This document shows, piece after piece, positions 23,843 through 31,088 of a DNA stretch of 32,000 nucleotides. This DNA is from Candidatus Methylomirabilis oxygeniifera (GTDB taxonomy: Bacteria > Methylomirabilota > Methylomirabilia > Methylomirabilales > Methylomirabilaceae), in assembly GCA_000091165.1 (NCBI GenBank), contig FP565575.1:2400001-2432000 (forward strand). Reading direction: 5' to 3'. The notes beneath the pieces are model-generated. The model saw only the letters and a list, made by a program, of their open reading frames with translations, ran no database searches and was not told where the DNA came from. How positions within the stretch are numbered: the first letter of the stretch is position 1; each line of letters opens with the position of its first letter. The position numbers and the translations under genes were made by a program.

Positions 23843-24568
23843 TTACTTGATCACAAAGGTTCCCTCTAGAAACTCCGTATCCAGCGTGCGATCCGCCGGG
23901 TTCTTGTCTGCCTCGCTTGGATCGACAAGGATCGCCGTCGCCACATCGCCTGCCTGCGCATCCGGGATGCCCAAATCGATGACGGCATTGCCCGCCGCAT
24001 CGGCGTTCGCCAGGTTGATGTCGCACACACCATGCTTTACCAGCACAACTCCCTTCTTCCTGAGCACCTTGAGCGCCACCTCTACCTTATACTCAGCCTG
24101 AGCTCCGTAGTGATTATCGTCATCATCGTCATCATCGTTGTGATCATCGCGACTGTCGACGTAATTGTAGCTATCATGATCGTCGAACCCGTCGAACTCA
24201 AGGTGGCACTCGGCAAACTCGGTACCATCCGCGTGGCTCAGGATCATTCGGATGTCGGCATCCGTTGCAGTGGCCTGATCGACAATCCCTAGACCGGACA
24301 TCGGATCGACCGGCACCTTCACCGCGCCCTCAAATTCATCCTTCTTGACGACCCCTCTTTTGGTTTCCTTCTCATGCTTCGCTTCTCCCTCGGCATTCGG
24401 CTCCGGAGAGGTGTCCCATGGCCCCAGATGTGCTCCGACCTTGACCTCGGAACTCGGCTTGGCCTTGTTGATTTTCTTCGCGTGACTGATATCCGCAAAC
24501 ATGAAAACCGACACAGCAAGTGAAAGGATGGTCACTAAGAGGCTCTTGTGTGACATTTGCATCGCCAT
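23843..24568 (-). CDS. Secreted acidic protein of unknown function with an Asp/His-rich tract
   Basis: 241 aa. The signal peptide is SLLVTILSLAVSVFMFADISHA. The acidic tract reads DGFDDHDSYNYVDSRDDHNDDDDDDDNHYG. There are two Cys residues. GGAGGA precedes three in-frame ATGs (24568, 24562, 24556), and spacing favours 24562. I recognise no family. Confidence 0.75.
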   Translation of the reverse strand: MAMQMSHKSLLVTILSLAVSVFMFADISHAKKINKAKPSSEVKVGAHLGPWDTSPEPNAEGEAKHEKETKRGVVKKDEFEGAVKVPVDPMSGLGIVDQATATDADIRMILSHADGTEFAECHLEFDGFDDHDSYNYVDSRDDHNDDDDDDDNHYGAQAEYKVEVALKVLRKKGVVLVKHGVCDINLANADAAGNAVIDLGIPDAQAGDVATAILVDPSEADKNPADRTLDTEFLEGTFVIK

Positions 24569-24884
24569 ACTCCTCCTATAATGTAATGGGTTTACGGGGC
24601 CGGATAGCCCAACACTATTGTCGGGATGCGCATTAAGGATGCAAGTTCGCTACCACACACCTCATCTGCACACGCACACCAAGGATCTCTTTACAATTCA
24701 ACGAGTTCGAACGACTCATGACTCTAGTAGACTACAACGGCGAGACCCTTTTTTCACAGGAAAGCGACAATAAATATCATTTTTACCTCATCGCGTCATT
24801 GCGTTCTGGTCCCTCTTGCGTCTTTGCTGTTGCTTGCATTATTCATCCGTGTCGTCACCTCCTCTCCTTTCCTGCAACAGCGAC

Positions 24885-24955
24885 GAGAAGAGTATGATAA
24901 GAACGGCGTGAGCCGTCATCAAAGTTCGTTTAAGTAAACGTTAAGAAACGGTTAA
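24885..24955 (-). promoter_or_regulatory. Bipartite upstream element, copy X: phased TTAAC-type direct repeats plus a CTCTTCTC box
   Basis: The plus strand reads GAGAAGAG-N47-GTTAAGAAACGGTTAA. The minus strand has TTAAC/TTAAC/TTAAA repeats at 11-bp phasing, then TTGATG-17 nt-TATCAT, then CTCTTCTC. The same architecture with identical 47-nt spacing occurs at 26973-27043. Confidence 0.4.
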
Positions 24956-24956
24956 A

Positions 24957-24981
24957 CCGGGCCGTATGGACGGAGGCCCGG
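24957..24981 (-). terminator. Terminator-like hairpin after the beta-propeller/DUF5818 operon
   Basis: The stem is CCGGGCC-N11-GGCCCGG. On the minus strand it is followed by TTTAACCGTTTCTT. It lies 19 nt downstream of the stop at 25000. The T-rich tail overlaps the phased repeats of element X. Confidence 0.45.
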
Positions 24982-24999
24982 AACGATCAACAACCACCC

Positions 25000-25311
25000 C
25001 TACCGTTGAGGCGGTAGCGAGCGATGTCGATCACTGGGCGCATCGGTGATGGTATTGAGCAGAAGCGTGGTCTCCTGCATACAATGCGACATCTGAACGA
25101 TTTCCCCTGTCAGCCTGACCCGGTCTCCGTCCTTGAAGCTCTTGAGATCGCCGATCAGCGTATAACGTTCTCCACTTTCCGCCTGAAACAGTTGGCATTC
25201 CACACCACCAGAAATGAGGGTGCCTGTACGCTCTAGGGTCATCGCGTCCTGTCCTGATGCGGGGAGTACATTCGAGAGCGCAATCATGCAGGCGAGGGCT
25301 CCGATCCCCAT
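25000..25311 (-). CDS. Small secreted DUF5818-like protein
   Basis: The start is taken at the ATG at 25311, which has AGGAG 6 nt upstream and a signal peptide (MGIGALACMIALSNVLPASG). The mature part GTLISGGVECQLFQAESGERYTLIGDLKSFKDGDRVRLTGEIVQMSHCMQETTL matches the DUF5818 pattern as I remember it. The 43-aa GTG extension in the track ORF looks non-coding. Confidence 0.6.
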   Translation of the reverse strand: MGIGALACMIALSNVLPASGQDAMTLERTGTLISGGVECQLFQAESGERYTLIGDLKSFKDGDRVRLTGEIVQMSHCMQETTLLLNTITDAPSDRHRSLPPQR

Positions 25312-25441
25312 ACCGGTCTCCTTTTCAGAAAGGGGGAAGAGATCGGGCCAATGCCACATTGAGGTACCGGCCCCCTGCGTAGGAACATATGCGATACTCA
25401 GATGGCCGAGGTTAGTCGAGAACCGTGAAGCCGGTCTCACG

Positions 25442-26830
25442 CTATTCGCCGACCGATGTGGAGGCGCGGATCAGTCCTTCGACGGGCGCACTGACCGACA
25501 GGGTCGTGATGGTGAAGCCGGCCGCGGTGGAGCCGCCAGGGACCGTGATAGTCGCCGGGACGGATACAACCAGGTTCGTTGTCATGAGGTTCACGAGCTG
25601 CCCGCCGTCCGGCGCCGGTCCCGCAAGCACCACTGTGCCGGTAGCGCTCTGCCCTCCCACAACCGCCTCTGGACTTACTCGCAACTCGGTCAGCGCCTGC
25701 GGTACGGCGGGACCCGGTTCAGGTGTCGGCGGCGTGGGCGGAGTGGGCGCTGGTACGAGGGGCGCTTGCGGCGGAACCAGCGGCGTCGCTGGGGCGACAG
25801 GATTAGCGGTCATGACCACCATGCCGTCGGCGCGGATGTAGGCAAGGCCCATCCCGTCCGGGGTGAAGGCTAAGCCGTTCACATCGGCCGTACCTACGGT
25901 GTACTGCTTCATAAGCGCGCCGTCGGATAAACGGTAGATACGGATCTGATCACTATACAGCGAGATGGCGGCGTACTTGCCGTCTACAGAAAGCGCGAAG
26001 GCGCGTACCTGCTGGCCGCCGTTATCGTAGATCTTGATGGCTTTGAGGAGTACGCCATCGGATGCGCGGAACACCTTGATAATCGCCGCGGAGGTAGGTA
26101 CGCCGTCGACGCCGCCAGGAATGGATCCTGAGGTCACGAGCTTGGCGCCGTCCGGCGTAAAGGCTACGCCGCGGTCGCCCGACCACGGCAAGAATGCCCG
26201 CTTCAGTGTGAACGTGCCGGTGTCATACATCCTAGCATACGAGTTTTGTCCATTACTGACGAGGTACTTGCCGTCCGGCGAAAACGCGACTGAGCCGTTT
26301 TGGAGCGGCCACGAGTAGATGACTGAATCGCTCGCCAGATCCCACAGCTTCAACTCCGCCATCATGTCGCCGGACACGAGTCTGGCGGCATCCGCCGAGA
26401 AGGCCAGCGCCCATATCTGCCACTTGTGCTCATTCATCGTCTCGCGCACCGAGCCGTCGGACGTTTCGTACAGATCCAGTCGTGAGGCGGTCCACCAACC
26501 CGTGTCGGGATCCTTGGTCACCTGCGCGGCCGCAATGACGTCACCGGCTGGGGATACGGCAATTGCCTCCGCCTTATTCGGAATGCTCAGCCGGACTTCA
26601 CCCGTCGCCGGATCGAGGACCATGATCTCATTGCCCGAGGCCACGAGCGTCGAGCCGTCTCTTGAGATACCGATTGCGCTACCCACCGTGAACGCCTGCT
26701 GTTGCCACACGATCGCGGGCGCTTCTTGCGCAACCGCCTGGGGGGCTAACACCCACGTCCCGAGTAAGGCAATGCCGATTCCCAACCAACGAGTTATGCT
26801 CTGCTTGAACGAGACACTTGCTACTACCAT
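25442..26830 (-). CDS. Secreted beta-propeller repeat protein (WD40/PD40-like blades), Pro-rich linker and a C-terminal Ig-like domain
   Basis: 462 aa with a signal peptide ending AVAQEAP. Blade motifs recur: VAVSPAGD, LAFSADAARLVSGD, VAFSPDGKYLVS, VAFTPDGAKLVTSG, LAFTPDGMGLAY. The linker is PLVPPQAPLVPAPTPPTPPTPEPGP. The final ~90 aa look like a beta-sandwich. AGGAG lies 8 nt upstream of the ATG. Confidence 0.85.
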   Translation of the reverse strand: MVVASVSFKQSITRWLGIGIALLGTWVLAPQAVAQEAPAIVWQQQAFTVGSAIGISRDGSTLVASGNEIMVLDPATGEVRLSIPNKAEAIAVSPAGDVIAAAQVTKDPDTGWWTASRLDLYETSDGSVRETMNEHKWQIWALAFSADAARLVSGDMMAELKLWDLASDSVIYSWPLQNGSVAFSPDGKYLVSNGQNSYARMYDTGTFTLKRAFLPWSGDRGVAFTPDGAKLVTSGSIPGGVDGVPTSAAIIKVFRASDGVLLKAIKIYDNGGQQVRAFALSVDGKYAAISLYSDQIRIYRLSDGALMKQYTVGTADVNGLAFTPDGMGLAYIRADGMVVMTANPVAPATPLVPPQAPLVPAPTPPTPPTPEPGPAVPQALTELRVSPEAVVGGQSATGTVVLAGPAPDGGQLVNLMTTNLVVSVPATITVPGGSTAAGFTITTLSVSAPVEGLIRASTSVGE

Positions 26831-26972
26831 TACTACTGCTCCTTTCCCCGAGACATCATCGCCGCGGGTCTCTTACGTACCGATCCAATGAACCGTGAAA
26901 CGATACTGCGGACTTCACTGCTCTCTTGCCTTCCTTGATTGTTTAATAGGTCGGCGTTCGAGCGGGGGGCGT

Positions 26973-27043
26973 GAGAAGAGCGTACAACGAGCCGCATGGA
27001 CTATGGTAAAGATCGACCTAAAAAGAGCTTAAGAAAAGGTTAA
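26973..27043 (-). promoter_or_regulatory. Bipartite upstream element, copy Y
   Basis: The plus strand reads GAGAAGAG-N47-CTTAAGAAAAGGTTAA. The minus strand has TTAAC/TTAAG/TTAGG/TTTAC at 11-bp phasing, and CTCTTCTC lies 47 nt downstream of the conserved 16-mer. It sits 143-213 nt upstream of the beta-propeller gene start. Confidence 0.4.
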
Positions 27044-27128
27044 TCGCCGGCGATTTGTGGGCATGAAGCAAGGCCGTCCGCCGATCGCCGGCCCTCTTTA
27101 CTATCGATTAGAAAGTCGTTCGTAATGG

Positions 27129-27917
27129 GTGTACAATGCGGCCATGAAGCGCATACATGGGGGCGACACCGCTAAGGCTGGCGTATGGCAGGCCAAGGTT
27201 GGGACCTGCGGTTTCGCCATGGGCCGACAGGAGTACTACAAGACCTTCCCGGTTATGGAGATCCAGCAGACCTTTTACAAGCTGCCGCGGGTCAGCACGG
27301 GAGCGCGATGGCGAGCCGGGGCGCCGCCCGGGTTCGAATTTACCGTCAAGGCGTGGCAGCTTATCACGCACGAGCCGTCAAGCCCGACCTATCGCCGTCT
27401 CGCCAAGCCGATCCCGCCCGGATCGAAAGATCGTTACGGCGCGTTCCGGCCAACGGAGGAAGTCGCAGAGGCCTGGACCCGGACGCGGGCGTTTGCGGAA
27501 GCCGTAGGCGCCTCAATCATCATCTTTCAGTGCCCTCCGAGTTTTACACCGACGTCCGAACATATTGCACACCTGCGCCGGTTCTTTACCACTATCGACC
27601 GTACCGGCTGGCAAGCCGCCTGGGAGCCGCGCGACGCCTGGGCACCCGATACGATCCGTGGCCTCTGTCTGGAATTGGATCTGGTACATGTCGTTGATCC
27701 GCTTAAGGAACCGGCGCTTCACGGTGCAATCCGCTACTACCGGCTGCACGGCCTCACCGGCTACCGATACGTCCACACCGATCAGGACCTTGAGCGGCTG
27801 AAGGCCACGTGTGAGGGCGATCTGCCCACCTACTGTCTGTTCAATAATCTCTTTATGGCTGAAGACGCGGTTCGCTTCCAGGCGCTATTCGAAGAGAAGG
27901 CGGAGACGTCGCGGTAA
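27129..27917 (+). CDS. DUF72 (UPF0759) family protein
   Basis: 262 aa. Features typical of DUF72: VGTCGF...YYKTFPVMEIQQTFY, FEFTVKAW and YYRLHG. The track start is a GTG at 27129. An ATG at 27144 is an alternative start. Confidence 0.85.
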   Translation: MYNAAMKRIHGGDTAKAGVWQAKVGTCGFAMGRQEYYKTFPVMEIQQTFYKLPRVSTGARWRAGAPPGFEFTVKAWQLITHEPSSPTYRRLAKPIPPGSKDRYGAFRPTEEVAEAWTRTRAFAEAVGASIIIFQCPPSFTPTSEHIAHLRRFFTTIDRTGWQAAWEPRDAWAPDTIRGLCLELDLVHVVDPLKEPALHGAIRYYRLHGLTGYRYVHTDQDLERLKATCEGDLPTYCLFNNLFMAEDAVRFQALFEEKAETSR

Positions 27918-27923
27918 GCGTAC

Positions 27924-29114
27924 ATGAGTGTTGCACAGAATGAAGCCGACATGGCTGCGCTGACCCCTGAGCAGTTAGCTCAGGCGATCAAAGCGGAAGC
28001 CCGCAGGCTGGGGTTCGAGCTGGTCGGAATCTCGCCGGTCATCGACCCTCCCCATGAACAGTCATTCGCCGACTGGCTGCAAGAGGGATACAGCGGCGAG
28101 ATGGCCTATATGGCGCGCACTGAGCAGGCTAGACGCCACCCGGAGGCCTGGTTTCCCTGGGCGCGTTCGGTGGTGGCTGTCGCCATGAACTACTACACCC
28201 CCTTCCCGCGCGAGACGCCCCCCTCGGACGTTCCCAGAGGTTGGATCTCCCGCTACGCATGGGGAGAGGATTATCACACGACCATCGAGAGCCGACTTGA
28301 CGCGCTGCTCGGCTGGATTCGACACACCGTCGGCGAGGAGGTCCAGGGTAAGGTGTACGTCGATGCCGGGCCGGTGTTGGAGAAGGGGTTCGCCGGCCTG
28401 GCGGGAATCGGGTGGATCGGGAAGAATACACTCCTCATCTCCCCGAAGCACGGCTCATATTTCTTTCTGGGCGAGCTGTTCCTGAGTCTGGAACTGCCGG
28501 AGGACCAGCCGATTAGGAATCGGTGCGGCTCGTGCGATCTGTGCCTGAAGGCCTGTCCGACTGACGCCTTTGTCGGTCCGTATCGGCTGGATGCCCGCCG
28601 CTGCATCTCGTACCTGACGATCGAGTTGAAAGGGAGCATCCCGGCCGAGATACGGCCGTTGATCGGCGAGCACATCTTTGGCTGTGATATCTGCCAGGAG
28701 GTCTGCCCGTATAATATCAATATCGGGGTCTCGGCAGAGCCCACTTTTCAGCCACGTGAGGGCTTGCATGCGCCGGAGCTGATCCCCCTCCTTGCGCTCG
28801 ACGACGAACAGTTTCGGTCGCGGTTCAAGGGGAGCCCGCTCAAGCGGTCAAAGCGGCGAGGTGTTCTGCGAAACGTGGCGGTGGCGCTTGGCAACCTGGG
28901 CTCCAAGGAGTCGGTCCCGGCCCTGGCGAAGCTCCTGTCCGATCCGGAGCCGCTGATCCGTGGTCATGCTGCATGGGCCTTGGGACGGATCGGCACGACG
29001 GAGGCGCGTACGGCGCTCGATGAAGCGTGCGCTCGCGAGACCGATCCGGACGTACAAGCGGAGATGACGCAGGCGCTTATCGCCTGCGCGCTTTCACCGT
29101 CACACGGGCCCTGA
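27924..29114 (+). CDS. queG: Epoxyqueuosine reductase (tRNA queuosine biosynthesis)
   Basis: 396 aa. The N-terminus is QueG-typical (IKAEARRLGFELVGISP). The two ferredoxin motifs are CGSCDLCLKACP and CDICQEVCP. A C-terminal HEAT-like repeat is present (PLIRGHAAWALGRIG). Confidence 0.93.
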   Translation: MSVAQNEADMAALTPEQLAQAIKAEARRLGFELVGISPVIDPPHEQSFADWLQEGYSGEMAYMARTEQARRHPEAWFPWARSVVAVAMNYYTPFPRETPPSDVPRGWISRYAWGEDYHTTIESRLDALLGWIRHTVGEEVQGKVYVDAGPVLEKGFAGLAGIGWIGKNTLLISPKHGSYFFLGELFLSLELPEDQPIRNRCGSCDLCLKACPTDAFVGPYRLDARRCISYLTIELKGSIPAEIRPLIGEHIFGCDICQEVCPYNINIGVSAEPTFQPREGLHAPELIPLLALDDEQFRSRFKGSPLKRSKRRGVLRNVAVALGNLGSKESVPALAKLLSDPEPLIRGHAAWALGRIGTTEARTALDEACARETDPDVQAEMTQALIACALSPSHGP

Positions 29115-29787
29115 TCGTCAGCTCTCTCCCGCCGCGCTCCAGATAGGCGAGAAATCCCTTCCATCGGCTATCGGTCTTCCATTTCCCAATGAGATCTAAG
29201 GCTTCCATGTAGGCCAGGGCGTCAGCCGCAGCGGTAAAGAACAGCACCTCATGCTCGGCCTCAAGATAGACGGGGTCGAATCCCGCTGCTGTGAGCGCCG
29301 TTTCGGCATCCCGTTCTCCATAGGCGAATCGGGAACTCCTGCCGCTCTCCTTCCATTGGTCTCGATGAAGGGTCGAAAAGGCGAGGCAGCGGCCCGGCGC
29401 CAGGACCGCGGCCGCTCGTCGAATGATCTCGTCGGACATGCACAGATGGGCGACTACCAGATCGATCGGACCAAGCTCGCCGTAGTCGATCTGCTCCGCG
29501 TCGCCGCACACAAAGCTGATATGGTCCAGGCTGAGGCTGCGCGCATGCCGGTTCGCCTGTTCGATAGCCTGCTCCGACCAGTCGATCCCGATAATCCGAC
29601 CGGCCTCTTCCGCCAGCGCAAAGGTCAAACGCCCATTGCCGCATCCGACATCCAGAACCGCCCTCTCGCGTAGCGGTTCTTCCCGTATCAGGCGCAGGAG
29701 CGTTGAGCTAAGCATGCCGTGCCTCGCCTCATGCCCTTCGCCGGGCCGATAGGTTCTCTCGATTCGCTCTCGCCTCCACTCGACCAT
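29077..29787 (-). CDS. Class I SAM-dependent methyltransferase
   Basis: Motif I is VLDVGCGNGRLT. I prefer the ATG at 29787, which has GAAGGAG 5 nt upstream. The track ORF uses a TTG at 29850. The 3' end overlaps queG convergently by 38 nt. Confidence 0.85.
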   Translation of the reverse strand: MVEWRRERIERTYRPGEGHEARHGMLSSTLLRLIREEPLRERAVLDVGCGNGRLTFALAEEAGRIIGIDWSEQAIEQANRHARSLSLDHISFVCGDAEQIDYGELGPIDLVVAHLCMSDEIIRRAAAVLAPGRCLAFSTLHRDQWKESGRSSRFAYGERDAETALTAAGFDPVYLEAEHEVLFFTAAADALAYMEALDLIGKWKTDSRWKGFLAYLERGGRELTIRARVTVKARRR

Positions 29788-29932
29788 TGCGTCTCCTTCA
29801 CTCAGTGGCATTGTATACCAGCGGTCCGGAAAAAGTGACTCTTTTGACAAGAATTGTGAGCGAACTTCTGCTATACGACAGTAGCGGAAATTGACGTGGC
29901 CACTTGACAGAGATGATAAGGTGATTTACCGT

Positions 29933-30346
29933 ATGCGAATACTTGCAGATGCAATATCACGCAACCAGTACCGGATACCGGAAACGATGAGACAACAACT
30001 GAGTAACTTCAAGGCCGATTTCTTCAAGGCGCTGGCGCATCCGCTGAGGATCTCGATCCTGGATGCGTTGCGCACCGGAGAGCTGACGGTGAATGAGATC
30101 AGTCGGCAATTTGGCGTCGAGCCAGCCAATGCCTCGCAGCAGCTTGCAGTCCTTCGCAATAAGGGGATTGTGGTGGCCCGTAAGGAGGGGTCGAGCGTCT
30201 ACTACTCCGTGAGCGACCCGGCCATCTTTAAGCTGCTTGATGCGGCGAGAGAAATCTTTAACAACCATCTGATCGGCGTTCGCGGGATGCTTGAAGAGAT
30301 ACGACTCGAACAGACGCAGACGCCCAAGCGCCGCGGAGAGAGATAG
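29933..30346 (+). CDS. ArsR/SmtB-family transcriptional regulator
   Basis: The wHTH core is FFKALAHPLRISILDALRTGELTVNEISRQFGVEPANASQQLAVLRNKGIVVARKEGSSVYY. The start is taken at the ATG at 29933, with AAGGTG 8 nt upstream. An ATG at 29987 would give a more typical 119-aa protein. The track ORF uses a TTG at 29891. Confidence 0.85.
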   Translation: MRILADAISRNQYRIPETMRQQLSNFKADFFKALAHPLRISILDALRTGELTVNEISRQFGVEPANASQQLAVLRNKGIVVARKEGSSVYYSVSDPAIFKLLDAAREIFNNHLIGVRGMLEEIRLEQTQTPKRRGER

Positions 30347-30387
30347 AAACATCGCCGCAGTAAGGTTATAGGAGAACTCAGACTGAG

Positions 30388-30906
30388 ATGTTGGCACTGC
30401 TGAGAAAGATCTGGACCACACCGGTGGTGGCTGAGCCGCTGGCACCGACAGATGACGACAGACAGATCGAGGCCATCGCGCGGCAGGTCGATGATCGCGC
30501 AAGACGACTCTTCGGCCGCTCGCTCCACATCCGGGAAGTGGATGCGGGCTCGTGCAACGGGTGCGAGCTGGAGATCGGGGCGCTGAATAATCCCTACTAT
30601 GACTTAGAGCGGTTTGGAATGCATTTCGTCGCCTCACCGCGCCATGCGGATTGCCTGCTGGTCACGGGCCCGGTCACACGCAATATGGCCGACCCCCTCA
30701 AACGGACCTATGACGCAACCCCCGACCCAAAGATCGTCGTCGCCGTCGGTGACTGCGCCAGGGATTGCGGAATCTTTGCAGGCGGCTATGGAGTAGTAGG
30801 ACCGGTGTCAGCCATTGTGCCGGTCGATGTGGTCGTCGGCGGCTGCCCGCCGTCCCCGTCGATGATCCTGGCCGGGATCCTGGCAGCGCTCGAAAGGCGC
30901 ATGTAA
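30388..30906 (+). CDS. NuoB/HycG/CooL-family [4Fe-4S] small subunit of a group-4 [NiFe]-hydrogenase or related complex
   Basis: 172 aa. The cluster ligand motifs are GSCNGCELE, GDCARDCG and GGCPP. The sequence LHIREVDAGSCNGCELEIGALNNPYYDLERFG is close to the formate-hydrogenlyase-type small subunit pattern. Confidence 0.88.
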   Translation: MLALLRKIWTTPVVAEPLAPTDDDRQIEAIARQVDDRARRLFGRSLHIREVDAGSCNGCELEIGALNNPYYDLERFGMHFVASPRHADCLLVTGPVTRNMADPLKRTYDATPDPKIVVAVGDCARDCGIFAGGYGVVGPVSAIVPVDVVVGGCPPSPSMILAGILAALERRM

Positions 30907-30911
30907 ATAAG

Positions 30912-31060
30912 TATTAACAATCTCATTATTGAATCGACTTCCATTGAGAAAATCTCCCCTCGCCCCTCTTTTTCAAAGAGGGGTTAACCCTCCCTTTGGC
31001 AAAGGGAGGTGAGGAGGGTTTGTTTGATAATGTAAAACTATTATGGCGAGACTGTTAATA
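30912..31060. repeat. Structured intergenic element: 13-nt imperfect terminal inverted repeats flanking two GC-rich hairpins
   Basis: TATTAACAATCTC (30912-30924) pairs with GAGACTGTTAATA (31048-31060), giving 12/13 complementary positions. Inside are two hairpins: CCCCTCTTT-TTC-AAAGAGGGG (30963-30983) and CCTCCCTTT-GGC-AAAGGGAGG (30989-31009). An alternative CCCTCC/GGAGGG stem is followed by TTTGTTTG. The flanks are AT-rich. Confidence 0.5.
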
Positions 31061-31088
31061 TGTTCAGCACAAGGATGGCTCGGTGACA

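Noticed and set aside
25312-25440. 43-codon GTG-initiated N-terminal extension of the DUF5818-like ORF in the six-frame track.
   Set aside because: The extension has no signal-peptide or domain character. The internal ATG at 25311 has AGGAG at ideal spacing and is followed immediately by a signal peptide.
29077-29114. 38-nt convergent 3' overlap of queG and the methyltransferase gene.
   Set aside because: Both ORFs are well supported by motifs. Short convergent overlaps are common in compact GC-rich genomes, and nothing further distinguishes this one.
29852-29862. AATTGTGAGCG, identical to the left half of the E. coli lac operator O1, in the methyltransferase/arsR intergenic region.
   Set aside because: Only a half-site is present. 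The continuation is AACTTCTGCT rather than GATAACAATT, there is no LacI-family gene nearby and there are no other vector-like sequences. I treat it as coincidence.
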